A stretch of 64,000 nt of DNA from Phoronis australis (lineage: Eukaryota > Animalia > Phoronida): assembly GCA_002633005.1 (NCBI GenBank), contig NMRA01000124.1:1-64000 (forward strand). The letters are read 5' to 3'. The position numbers and the translations under genes were made by a program. Below are positions 12,108 to 24,755 of this stretch, one piece after another. The notes under the pieces were generated by a model that was not told the DNA's origin, ran no database searches, and saw nothing but the letters and a program-made list of their open reading frames with translations. Each line of letters begins with the position of its first letter. The first letter of the stretch is position 1.

Positions 12108-12338
12108 NCAAGGAGCAGCAGCTGTCAAGTGCACCACAGCTGCTCTTGAAAACAAGAATTTTGTTTGAAAATTGGGTAAACATGCCTCAGGTAGTGTGAA
12201 AGGAGACGGTAAAATCACCATTGCGGCCACTTCAAAGTGCCTGGTACGTTCACAGCATGTTACACAATCTCTTCACATGGTCTTGTGAAATCATTTCTCA
12301 ATTTTGTCCATTCATCTGTTATTTCTGATGCATTTCAG

Positions 12339-12485
12339 GCATATGTTGTGTTGGGGCAATTTTTGCTGCTCAAGAAAGACGAAGAGCTGTTCGGGGAGTG
12401 GTTAAAGGATTCATGCAATGCCAATAAAAAACAAGCTGGAGACTGCTTCAATTGCTTGCAAGATTGGTGTGACTCGTTTTTGTAG
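12339..12485 (+). CDS. BANF1: Barrier-to-autointegration factor, canonical terminal exon A (aa 43-90)
   Basis: catttcag|GCA TAT: [48 protein letters not shown]; joined to exon 11087-11212 gives a 90-aa BAF. Confidence 0.96.
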   Translation, partial: AYVVLGQFLLLKKDEELFGEWLKDSCNANKKQAGDCFNCLQDWCDSFL

Positions 12486-12867
12486 AGCAATCTCGACTCA
12501 CCAATTTACAACCAATTTTTTTTTCATTATCAAAACATTGAACTTTGTGTATATGCCTGACCTTATGTACCAGGAATTCTCAGATGTTAGAGAAAGAGGC
12601 CTCATGCTGTATAGCACACTCAGAGAACTTGCAAAGCATTGATCTGATCATGACTTGTCAATTTCAACAATCAGTACCCCGTGTATGTTGCCAGTTCTAT
12701 TATTTATTACTAGTAGCTTTTAGTAATGTGTTGCTCTAGTGCTAACTGCAGAAGGTGGACGTTTTACGTATTAATTTGAGACACGGGATGAGCATTCATC
12801 TATGTATTGTCTTGAAATTTCACTTGATATCTTCTCCGATGTCATATGAGTAGCAGCCCAACTCCAA

Positions 12868-12979
12868 GGACGTCCTTGTAATACCTGTATTTAAATCTTG
12901 TTATAAATGCTTGTATTATACCTGGACGTCCTTGTAATACCTGTATTTAAATCTTGTTATAAATGCTTGTAGTATACCT
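12868..12979. repeat. 56-bp tandem duplication in putative BANF1 3' UTR
   Basis: ggacgtccttgtaatacctgtatttaaatcttgttataaatgcttgtattatacct present twice (12868, 12924), one mismatch. Confidence 0.9.
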
Positions 12980-14602
12980 GTTGCTGATAATGATCTCTTG
13001 TTAATAGTTCTTTTGGAAGACCAAAAATCTGGATTATCAAACTGAGGTTTGGATTATAGATGGTTAGACAGGCCAAAATATTGCCTGTGGAGTCTACCCC
13101 CCCCCCCATGTAGTGGGACACTAAGGAGCCTTAACCTGTCTTATTTCAAAAGTTGATTTACTTCTGCTGACTAACGCAAGGTTGAAACAGAAGGAAAATT
13201 ATCCATTGACCTTTTTTGCAGGTACATCACATTGTGGTATGCTGGTATTCCAAAGCAAAATAAAATTATCATGTAGATGTCACTATGCCAAGAATGTATC
13301 CCGTTGTAGTTTCTTGCACTCCTGCACCTATCAGTGCCTATGCAGGGTCAAACCAGCATGTTTTTGCTTTGTGCAAAACAAACAATTTGAATATTAAAGC
13401 TTATCTGGTAAAATTTTAACTTTGTTTTACAAAAAACAAATAGTTGCAAGCAATTTGGTGCTTCTTGTTTCTGAGATTACAACCTGATTTGGCATGAGGG
13501 GCATTTTGCCCCTTTGCTTGTGCTCAAACCCTGCTATGACCCCCAAACTTCACTTGTTCAGCTGACAACTTGACTCCTTTCTTCTCATGGAACTGTAAAG
13601 TTGTCTCGAAGGGATTCGCACGATTCGTCAATTTTTGTGTTGTGTCCAGTGTAAGATTTGGTGGTCAAGGGCTGTGCTCCCCTCCACTCGTATTCCAGTG
13701 ATGCTGTAACTTAAGGGGTTTAAGCTTCATTGACCCGATTCATGCGTTTTGTTTTCTCTGCTGTTATTGTTGTTATCCTTGTTTTGGATTGTTTCAAGAA
13801 ATATCGAGACTGATATTGTACAAAGCGACTTAACCCCCATTCCATCCTGGAGCGAACTTTTGCTTTAGACTACTGTTTGACATACAATTGGTCTCAACTT
13901 GTTACTTGCTAAGAAGATAAAGCGATTTCTGAGTCTCAGTCATCAAAAAAATTGGTAGTTCGTTATTCCTCAAGACCATGCTCCTGGTATGAAGTGACAT
14001 GTCTACTTGATGAAACTCTGAATCTGAAATCTCCAATTCAACTTTAATAAGTTGAGACCAATTTCATGATGGTAAGTGGTCTAAACCAAAGGTAGGTTTC
14101 ACAGATAGAGGGCAGGTTTGTAGTCACTTTTTAAGATTATGTATAATTAACCTGAGCTCGAGACCACCATTTGAACTTCGATTTAAAATTTCTCCCAAAC
14201 CATTTGGTATGATCACCGAGTCCAGTACAAGTGAAGCTTGATGGTGTTGGGGCTCTGGTCAGTTTACATGTATGTGATTCCACAGTAAAGGTCTTTTGCA
14301 TTGCTGGTAGAGTAGACAACAGGACTTGGAATTTTCTTCTTTTAAGAGGATTTCCTCTTTTTTGGTTTTGATTCCCACTTATTTGATTTCCAGTTCCCGC
14401 TTTTTTCCGTCTCTTTTTTTGTCATTAATTCGACTTGATTTGTACAAAAACATTTATTTCAGTTACATTTTACAGCACCAAAAATATTTCCATCATACAA
14501 GCCTATTTATGTGTGGAATGATACATCACCTGGAAAATTCTCTTTTGTCAATGGTCATTCCAAGCATTTAAACAGATCTGAGCTGCTGTGTTTGCTTTTT
14601 AG

Positions 14603-14749
14603 GCTAGTGTCGTGCTAGGTCAATTTCTGTTATTGAAGAAAAACGAGGCCCTGTTCACCGAATGGCTGGCTGATGTAACAGGAGGAAATCAACTCCATAC
14701 CAATACGTGCTTTGGTTGTCTCGAAGAATGGTGCGAAGAGTTCTTATGA
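14603..14749 (+). CDS. BANF1: Paralogous alternative terminal exon B of BANF1 (divergent BAF C-terminal half)
   Basis: tttgctttttag|GCT: [48 protein letters not shown]; 147 nt, same length and phase as exon A, 28/48 identical residues, no stops or frameshifts. Confidence 0.85.
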   Translation, partial: ASVVLGQFLLLKKNEALFTEWLADVTGGNQLHTNTCFGCLEEWCEEFL

Positions 14750-16157
14750 AGCTTTGACGGAATTTGACCAGAAATGGTGCTGTTAGCGTTTAAGAAAGAT
14801 TTTAACCTCTCAAGGGTTATCTGCAGTATATTCTGTTTGTAGAGTTGCTTCACTATGTTGGGATAAGTTATACACTTGACTATTCTCATATAATCAGTAG
14901 TGAGATTTTCAATTTGTAAAATTGTTGACAGACTTTTGGCAATTGTTGGATATGAATAATAATAATTAGCAAGAGCAATGCAGATCGTTGAAATGCGACA
15001 GTACCGCAAATGGTGTGCTTTTAGAGGTATTTATTGGTACCACAAAAATGGCCATTAGACAGCACTGAATATGTTGAAACCATCAAAAAAATGTTGTAGT
15101 CTCTCAAAGTTATTTGCCAAATTTCATGAAAATCCATCTGAAAACTTCAAAGATAAAAGGCAAACACAAAAAATAAATTGCCATTGGGAACCACAGTGGT
15201 CGTCAAAATCTGCTTCGGAGTTTCAAAAATACGGAGGACAGCAGAAAAATTAAGGGGCACAGCAGTATTTGGATCCATCCAAATATTATTGTCAACTTCA
15301 TGTGAATGCACTTGCCACATTTTCCTGCAGTTTTGGAACACACAGCCATAGACGTAAAAAAAACGTCCTCTGGGAGGCACAGTACACTGTAACATAAGAA
15401 ATTAAAATTGTTACTAGGGTACACAGCGGTATTCGGATCCATCCGAAAGTTTGCTGATGCCATTCCATCCATGAAAGGAACATGTGAAAAATTTCCTGTG
15501 AACACTCATCAAAGGATTTTGGAGATAGAGCAGCAAACCAGACACTGGACAGGGATGACAGCGTAATGTGCACACATATAAGTATTTGGGCGCACAAAAA
15601 TGGCCACTGCCTTTTTAAAACTCATCATCGGCCAAGACGTTTAAATATTAATGGGACATCTGCAACTGAGAAGTGATTTGAGGTAATACTCAGCGTGAAA
15701 TCAAAATTGCAATCCAAGCTGTCGCAATGAGCACTACTGGCAGGGGTTAAACACCACTCTATAAATCCCAGAGTATTTTAAGTGCATTTCTCTGTTAAAA
15801 TCACTGGTTTCAGCAAATTTACGGTGGACGATGGCGAGAACTGGCCATTTCTAATAAATCTCCCAAAAACAACGGATTTTGTTGCTTTATAGCTCTGGTC
15901 AAAGCTAATAACCTTAGGAATACTAACCCATCAGACAACAATCCCAGAAATGCTTGTTGTATTCAAATCAGTAGTAGAGTTTGTGGTATATGGTATTTAT
16001 GAAATAATCCAAGAAAAGATGATTTTCGAAATTAGAGTGTGCCCTATTAATTGCTGTTTAAGGAGTTGATAACAAGATAGGTGTTAGTTTTGTTAGCAGA
16101 TGATGCTTATGTATTCGTCACCAATGCAAATTACACAGGTAATAAATAATTAATGTC

Positions 16158-16316
16158 TTAATAATTAAAATTCAATGGTCTTGGTGTTGTGAATTGTTTC
16201 ACCATTTCATCTGTAACTAGCTTTCGTCGTTCTCTGTGTTGTGCAACAATTGGTTGAAGGACAGAGATGAGTTCCTTCTTTAAAAACCCAGTCAGCAACT
16301 CTCCACTCGTGTAGTC
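16158..16316 (-). CDS. WARS1: Tryptophanyl-tRNA synthetase, cytoplasmic, coding exon 8 (last)
   Basis: gcag|[52 protein letters not shown]. Confidence 0.95.
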   Translation of the reverse strand, partial: DYTSGELLTGFLKKELISVLQPIVAQHRERRKLVTDEMVKQFTTPRPLNFNY

Positions 16317-16560
16317 CTGCAAATAAACACAGCATAACAAGCTGATAACGGCAGTTCAAACCTTAATACTTAGAAATAATGTTGGCAGCAACTCTATGAG
16401 CAGGATTTAAATTTGGTTACGGAGAGCACTGTAAAGTGACTATACCAGTGAACCCCTTTACTCATTCTGCCTTCAAAAAATGCACAAATAGTTCATGTGT
16501 TTCTGATACTGTTAACGTAACCACGGCAGCAGGTGACAAAACTACATCGTCGTACTTTAC

Positions 16561-16701
16561 CTTTCTGATTTGTTCTAACTTTTCGTCATCCTCTAAGAAG
16601 AAAGTGAGATACTGGTATGATATATCAACGGAACAGTCACCGCCCTTTTCACGATGTTCCTCGACAGTGGCGCCACCTCCAGAGAAGGCATACTTGTTGA
16701 T
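16561..16701 (-). CDS. WARS1: WARS1 coding exon 7
   Basis: [47 protein letters not shown]; AG/GT boundaries, phase 0. Confidence 0.95.
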
Positions 16702-17520
16702 CTGTTAATGAGTGAAGTTAAAAATTTAATAACACTATAACCAGTACCCTAAGATAACAACAGACAAAAGTATGGAAACTTGTATAGATTGTTGAAAACC
16801 TGATAAAGCCAAATTGTATTTTTGCAAAATAATAATCACAAACTCCCAAGAATATGCCAGGTACCAAGTTATTAAGAATTGTATAGTTTTTGTTTGAATT
16901 AGTTACAATCGGTAATAAATCATGTTGCAGTTAACACTTTCACTCATTATTTTATAAGGATTCTTCTTCAAGGATTACAGATAGACAACTGAAACCCAAA
17001 CTGTCAAGTGATGTCAATGTGATCTGCATAAAAAAATAACTTTAGAAAAAACAGTTGTCCCGGTACTATAATGTCCCACGCATAAAACAAACTTGACATT
17101 GTCAAACACTTTAAAAAGACAAGGTTTTGTGGGTCAAAAATTAGTATTTGTAAAGAATGAAAGAGATACTTTAAAATGACCTCATACTTGTGACGCCAAC
17201 CTAACAAACTATAACACAGTTCATTTTGACAAGGCCTCAGATGGAATCCGCAACACAATCAGAAAATGTCTCAGCTCCTTAAAGGGATCACAGATATCAA
17301 CAACAGCAGGATCGCAGCAATGATACTCTATATTCCCCTCTTCAACTCTCAGAAGTTTGGAATTGTTTTGAAAACTTCTTTGAAGGTCTGCTGAATCGGC
17401 AAGCCCAATTAGACACCCTGGGCGAGCTTATCGACAGCTGGAGCAAAAGGCAAACCAAATAATCCACTGTATAATACAATGAGGTCTAAGCTGTAGTTTT
17501 TATACGATCATGTAACATCA

Positions 17521-17784
<264 letters not shown>

Positions 17785-18574
17785 TTACTCTAGGTTAATA
17801 AATCTTGCTTCTTGAAAATTACAAGCTTGATAAAAATAACGACATTAAATCATGACACCACCTATTACAAGTCAATTGTTTAAGAATGATGATTACATTG
17901 CATCAACCATGCTTAAAACTAAGATCAATTTGCATAAAACACCGACAGTTATGTAGGACCTTATCGATAAGTCTGTATTTTTGCCAAATGGCTACAAAAC
18001 CATTGCCTTTAATTCCGTGAAAGTTTACATTTCCTGATAGTACTTTATGCCAATCCACTCACGTGACCATGTTTTTCAGTGAAATTTAGCACAAAGAAAG
18101 ATATGGTCACAGCAAAGCAACAGTATCAATGACATGTCTTGCCAAATTTTGTTTGATAAAAATGTTCAAATTGCTGTTAGAGTTTAATTAGTAAATTATC
18201 ATCTTGCTTTCATGGTTTTAATTTTTTATAAAAATCAGAAGTCCAATTTCTTGATAGTCGTTCATGCGAAAACACATGGCTCACAAACATGGAGCTGCTA
18301 CCAGTGTAACTAACACTGCCTGAGGGGAATCCTGTAGCTTGCCTAGTTATGACTCATGTTCCACGAACACTTTGAGTTTCAATATTTCGACTAATGCAAA
18401 GTATCATACTACACCAGGATACTGTGAACACAGAAAATCAGTCTCTTGTACATGTGTATCATCCAATCCTTGGGATGATATACGTGACGGTACAAATTAA
18501 TCTCGCTAAAATAAATCCCGCAAATAATATAAAAACCATGTACAAATTTTACATGATTAACAGCCAAAGATTAC

Positions 18575-18788
18575 CTGGTCAATTGCACAAGGGATGAGAC
18601 AAGTAATGTCTTTGCGTCCCTTGAAGATGTGAGGAAAGGAGCTGCTAAAAGAGGGCACCGCCTGTATAGATGGGAAACTGATCTTGCCAATGCAGTCGCT
18701 GTCACCAAAGCCAAATATCCCCTTGACCTGGTTGAACGTGACACACTTCTGAACTCGAAGCATGTTGTGGTAAAACTCCGGACACTGA
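18575..18788 (-). CDS. WARS1: WARS1 coding exon 5 (AIDQ motif)
   Basis: [55 protein letters not shown]...CLIPCAIDQ|gt. Confidence 0.95.
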
Positions 18789-19375
18789 CTGAAATACCAT
18801 AAATATCCAATCCCATGCATTATTTTAACACAAGAGCAATGTAAAACATTGAAATGCAACCATGATTGAACTGCAAACATCAGAATGCAGCTAAGGCTAA
18901 TGCAGAATAAGTCTAATAAATATGAAAATAAGGAAATGATATCATCTCCAAAAGAAAACTATTTGTCAAATTTCATGAAAATCTGTCAAGGATCTCCGAA
19001 AATTCATAAAATACTAGTTGGATCATGCGGAAGTCATCGGCATTCCTTATCAGCTCTATAGGAACAAAATTTTCAAGAAGATCCTCCAAGGAGTTTTGGA
19101 GATACAGCAAAGGACCCCAGATGCCCGGACAGAGTGACGGCAATATGAACCCCATATAAGGCGGGGACACAAAAAGCCACCCACACACAAAATGTCACAT
19201 AAACACGTTAGTATTAAAGTGCCTTTAAAGTCATTTTCATGAATTATCTTCCGGCATAATTTCAACATGACCTTTGAAACAGTGAGACTTCACACTACCT
19301 TCTGAATTCTATAGCTTACTAACAAAATAATGTGGCACAAATTTACACTAAAAGAAGAAACCATTTTAGGCTCAC

Positions 19376-19558
19376 CCGATGTAAAGCATGTCTGAAAATA
19401 TGAATGTCTTATTCACATCGAAGCCAAGGGCAATGATGTCTTTGATGTTTTCATGAGCCAGCCTCTGGGACTCTTCCAAACTTTGGTCTTTCCACAAGAA
19501 CTTTTCATCGTCCGTGACTTGAATGACAAGAGGGACGTCAAATGTTTCTTGTAACCAC
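19376..19558 (-). CDS. WARS1: WARS1 coding exon 4
   Basis: [61 protein letters not shown]; phase-2 boundaries compatible with neighbours. Confidence 0.95.
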
Positions 19559-20046
19559 CTGACAACAGAATACAGACAGGATGGAGCTACATCAAAATCA
19601 TAAGTCAGTGAAATTCTATGAGCAGGATTTAAATTTAGTTTTTAACAAATTTTGTTTCGCTTGCACATCTAGTGTCAGAATCATTTTCTCAATTTGAATG
19701 TAACATTTCTCACAAATGTCATACATATTAAAAGGTTACTAAACACTACTTTGGTGATTTCAATCAATCCTAGTTCCAGGATTCAACAAAAAATACATAT
19801 TATTCACTGTGTTACAGAATGAATATTACAGATCTTGGTAGGTGGACGTTCCCTACAGTGTAACTCACCTAACGCGTTGGTCCACCTTGCCTATTTAGCA
19901 GACTTTGTAAGGGGTTTTCAAAATTTGCTCCAAACTTTTGAGGGTTGACAAGGGTTTAAAAAGCTTTATTCTTATATAAAGAACTAAATAGAAAAGTCGT
20001 TGTTAATACCAGTTAATAGGCCAAAACAGGTTTAGAATCCTAATAA

Positions 20047-21646
20047 AGGAGCATGCCACCAAAAAACAACCTATTTTGTATCAATTTAGATCGAGTAGTT
20101 CTACTCGATAACGGCACGTTCGGTTGCGTTACCTGACACCTGACAGCAGATGGAGGAGTTGAAATTATCCAATGATGTCATTGGTTTCACATGCAGTCTG
20201 TTCAGCAGTTCACAACACAGTTACTGGTGTCAGCTTATTGCTTGAATTCCTCATTTTACACCAATAAATCATCAAATTTCGATGACGTAAAACCTTTAAA
20301 ATACATGTGTTGTTTTATTTCGCCATTACCGATTTATTGGTATTTGGACACACCGTAGCATTCGGCAGGCCAATTTACCAAGGTCCGTAGCAGGAGATTG
20401 GGGTCTGTTCGGAGTATTCTTCCGTGAAATAAAGACAGAACCTAGATGTGTGTTGTTAGGACTTGTGATATTTTGAGTTCTAAACACACAAAACGCTTGT
20501 TATCCCGGCAAGTGGCTCGGAACCCGATCAGGCCCGACGAGGCCGGACTGAAGACATGACGAACATAAACCAGCCAAAGTTGGAAACTAAATTCCAGTCA
20601 AGAAAATACTATACTAGTCAGCCAAAGAAGAAAAGTGCATGTGATTATGTTGGTGAATTAGCCAAGCAACTGCAAATCTACTTACTCGTCGGGGGTCGCA
20701 ATTCAAGTTCCCCTTTGGCCACAGAACCGTCAGGGCAGAAGTTGTACATTGACAATCACTATTTGAATAATGTATAGGTAAATAAAGATTCCCCTAACAC
20801 CTGGCCATGGGATAGAAAATCGAGTTATTGTTATCTTTCTGTCAGCAAACACTGAATTAGCATGCGCTCACGCGGCCTTGGTGTTCGGTCAATTAGTTTT
20901 ATTGCAAATAAAGCCGGTAACGCAGTGATTTATTCATTGCTGGCTTCTCTCATTTGCACTCACGAACACTCCAAAGGCATTACAAATTGCATCTAATGAG
21001 ACAGATTTTGTTTCAGTTTTATATAAGTATTGGTTAGGATGAGAATAATTCATTTTGAAACAGAATGCTCAGTAATAAACGTCAACGTGGCAACTCGCAA
21101 TCCCGACTTAGACGAGAGCTCATCCGACAAAGACTTCGCAGGTGCATCGTTAAGTTTCACAGGCTATCAGTTCGAACCGGAATACAGTGATGAAGAAATT
21201 CTAGAGAGGCGCCGAGAACAAGCTTAGGCAACTGAACGTATGGATAGTTATTTGGTAAGCCAGCATTCGTCAGACTCACTGTCGACGACTGCAGGCCACA
21301 GACACAGAGATGTTTCACGCCTCATACTTGCTATTTACAGCATACTTTTCATTCTTCACTACCGTGAGCCACTTCCTAAGCATTTCGGACTCTTGAGGAA
21401 GTCGAAAAAAACGATATACCCGCTTTCCTCGCAGCTGCATAGTTCAGACAAGCGGGAACGATGCACCGCAACATAGCAGCATTCACTCTGCAAATGAACC
21501 ACTGATGTCACTGTGTTGTTTCTCAACTTCCTCACAGTCTAACGCGACCCCTATCGGCAAGGTAAGGTCGACAGTATGCGAGGCGATGTGGATATAGACC
21601 GATTAAGACGCTAAAAAAGACTAATTAAATCGGGTGGCATTCTCCT
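20047..21646. mobile_element. Kolobok-like non-autonomous DNA transposon in WARS1 intron, with THAP remnant
   Basis: TIRs aggagcatgccacc / ggtggcattctcct flanked by ataa / ttaa; - strand from ATG 21474 reads MLRCIVPACLN...GISFF(fs)RLPQESEMLRKWLTVVKN...HLCVCG (degenerate THAP domain); + strand 21150-21227 FTGYQFEPEYSDEE. Confidence 0.7.
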
Positions 21647-21891
21647 TTAAGTTTTGATTGCTCATTTCAAAATCAGCTGTAAAATGAATCAGGAAATCAC
21701 TCAAAGAGATTTTTGATATATGGGCAAAGTTGTAATGAGAAAATTAAAGATAAATTTTAACTCTGCTATTAAACTAATAGAAATCCATTCTTAAGTTACA
21801 CAGCTCTTGTCTTCGTTCATCAACCCTAATTTCTGAACAGTGTTCTGTTCACAATGGATACGGGTTAATCTGAGAGAAGTCTACGGCGTAC

Positions 21892-22011
21892 TTTGTAAAG
21901 ATGAAAGGAATAAGATGTCCAAGATGCATGGCCTCCGACGACGGACCCCGGCCTGTGTATAGAAAGAAGGGCTTTTTCTGCTCATAATTATTCAGAATCG
22001 TGTGCATATCC
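21892..22011 (-). CDS. WARS1: WARS1 coding exon 3 (HLGH motif)
   Basis: [40 protein letters not shown]; class I HIGH-type motif. Confidence 0.96.
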
Positions 22012-22733
22012 CTGAAAAATAAAAACAGCCACAGCATTAGACTGAGTGAAATTTTAGGTACTAAAATATTTTAATCTACAATTAGTAACACTCATCGGCA
22101 ATACTAGTAGTCAGATATAACGTGACCTCATTTTGAGAAGCAGTGTGATGCTGTCAGTGCAGAAAACTGGTTCTCGAAATACGATGCACATTATATCTGA
22201 TTATTATGATGAGTAGGTGACTCACTCATCTCCTTGTTTTGATCCATGGTGCCAGATCACGAGTTGTGAAGTTACAGTTTGTACGTCATGTTATTTATCT
22301 TAATATACGCAGTTAGACCAAAAAAAAACCTTATTTGCTTTAGTATTGCAGAGATGCAGAATAATTCCCTTTTCACTGCAAGCAATTTCACCCCCAACGC
22401 TTAAGGAAAACTTCCCTACACCACTGACTTATAGACATCACAGTAAAAAATGGCACGATTAGGCGACGCCTCTGTTTTGTCCTAGCTTCAAAATTGGGTC
22501 GTGTTAAGACCTCACACCCAAATATGCTTTTTTAGCTTCAGTTTCTGTTATTTGTTTTGCTTTGCTTCAACTGAGATATATGATAAATTGAACTTTCCCA
22601 AAAAAAATTATCATCAAGAAAAAAATTCTGTCATTTTACCAATCGATAGTTTATAGCGAAACATAACCAGTCACATTTCCGGTGAAAACATGTGAAACAT
22701 GTTGAGCATTTCAGAATAAATATTGAAACTGAC

Positions 22734-22842
22734 CTATGGGAGAAGAACATGCCTCGCTTGAGTAGATGATGAACTGGTTTCCCGGTCACTTTTTCTATCC
22801 TCTGTACTAGAGCGTCATCAATCTTTGAACTTCCAAACCGCT
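22734..22842 (-). CDS. WARS1: WARS1 coding exon 2
   Basis: (E)[36 protein letters not shown]; phases 1 and 2 fit flanking exons. Confidence 0.94.
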
Positions 22843-23529
22843 CTATGAATACAGAAGACCTTTTTGTGATACTACTTTAAACAAATTCAAAACAGTCAGT
22901 GACTGCTGAGTCGGAATACAGCTCCCAAATAGAAGATTGTAAATTCCAGTTTGACACACAGATATTCACTGGCTGTTAGAGAGTGCAAGTTTGATCAACA
23001 AATTCATCCACCCAAGATTGCAAAATTAAACAGAAATGCGCGGCCATCACGTAAAATGTGGGGCCTGGCATCAACACCATTTCAATATGACTGTGGTCAT
23101 TTCCCTGACAGTTTTATCAGTCCAAATCCTGTACCAAGGAATAAGTTTATTACTCCTGGTGTTAACAGGTGAGCACCTGAAAGAGCTTAATTAATTTTGC
23201 CATTGTCCCAAAAATGCACTCAAATTTGAGCATTGATATCATCAGGTAGATCCTGTGGTTGACATTTGACTACAATCTATGTCTGGTACTTTAGTCTGAC
23301 GATCAAACACATGAAATACATATCAAATGTATATAACAACCACAGGCAAAAGCATAGAACCATTCAAACTTACTGAATCTTGAGCAAAAGAAACCAATGA
23401 ACCATTAACTGTGCCCCTTTCGTATGACATAGGAGTTCATGCATATAACTCAGGTGATTGTCTAGTACTCTTGAATAATTTTCGTGGTGGCCAGTACTTA
23501 GTAGGCAGTATGTACATTGAACTCCCATC

Positions 23530-24095
23530 TTGAGATGTCACGCCAAACAACATTTTCTGTGTAAAAACTTTATTTTGTCACTTTGATGGTCAAGGTTTAC
23601 AGCCAAAATTGATTGATGCCTGGCAACACCCCTCAGAGCAAAATGTAAACAAAATCTAAAGCTTCTCCTTTGAGGTCACGCCAAACAACATTTTCTGAAC
23701 AAAAACTTGATTTTCTCAAACTGACCTTTAAAATGAGGTCAAGGTTACCAAAATCGGCTGGCGCCAGAAGATGCCCACCTACACCTCAGTACAAAATATG
23801 AACAAAATCTAAAACTTCATTCTGGAGATATTGTACCAACATTTCCTAACTGAAAATTTGGTTTTCTCGCCATGGCCTTGAAATGAAGTCAAGGTCACTA
23901 AAATTGACTGATGCTCAGACGTATTCCATCTACACCTCGATACAAAATATGGACTAAATCTAAAGCTTTCTTCTCAAGATATTGTCCCAACAACATTTTC
24001 CAAGAAAAATTTTTTTTCTCCTTATGACCTTGAAAATGACAGAACATGGCATCATGGTCACCGAATCGACTGAGATATCACGCCAATAACATTAC
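23530..24095. repeat. Degenerate ~140-150-bp tandem array (tgaccttgaaa...ggtcaaggtca type), Helitron/HINE-like internal satellite
   Basis: Recurring gagatRtcacgccaaacaacattttc...gacct...ggtcaaggt...caaaatatgRacWaaatctaaa blocks at ~23532, 23670, 23825, 23976, 24072. Confidence 0.55.
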
Positions 24096-24619
24096 GTGAT
24101 GTCCAGACTACTTAGTATGGACCTTTGGAAGTACTAGAATACTGTGTCCTCCACTTCAGCCTCATGTCCGGCAGGAGACAATTGCTGTATAATACAAACA
24201 AAGCAACGCAAAAGAAATAAACATAGCAGCCATTTTGCAATAAAAATCAAAAACAAACACTACAAAAGTTGACTGATATAAACAAAATATAAAATTATAG
24301 TTATTTCCGGACGTTGGACTCTGTAGGACTTGTAAGTTTCGGGTACTATAAGTGCCAATTTAAATATGATGATGAAAAGGAGAAGGAAGAGTTCGTGAAA
24401 AAGGTGTTATTGGTTTGCCTTCCGTTATGGTCTGTTCACATTATTCCAGAAAATCCAACGCTTTTGCACAGTGGCCTATTCACATAGTATACATCCCAAC
24501 CAGAAATACTCCGAGCCTTATCAGTTTTACGGTAAATACAACATTAAATGAAGACAGTGAATAACAGAGCAAATATGCTTTTCATTAGATTTGACATTGA
24601 AAGCTAGAAATATTCTCAC

Positions 24620-24755
24620 CTATTAATTTGCCATAGTCTACTCCTTTCGCTGAGCTTGTGCTCACATGCCATGGGTCAACAAAATCTTCGTTGGTGCCAT
24701 CTATTGCCAACTTGCTCAAGCCCTCTGAAGAGTTCATGTCAGTTGCATCAGCCAT
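24620..24755 (-). CDS. WARS1: WARS1 coding exon 1
   Basis: MADATDMNSSEGLSKLAIDGTNEDFVDPWHVSTSSAKGVDYGKLI, DFVDPW...GVDY.KLI motif of eukaryotic TrpRS; acceptor at 24769 implies an upstream non-coding exon. All eight exons total 1236 nt = 411 aa. Confidence 0.92.

Noticed and set aside
11312-12149. 245/250-aa repetitive ORFs on both strands; possible CRISPR-like array
   Set aside because: Artefacts of the 66-bp (multiple-of-3) intronic minisatellite; units are identical with no unique spacers and there are no cas genes in this eukaryotic locus.
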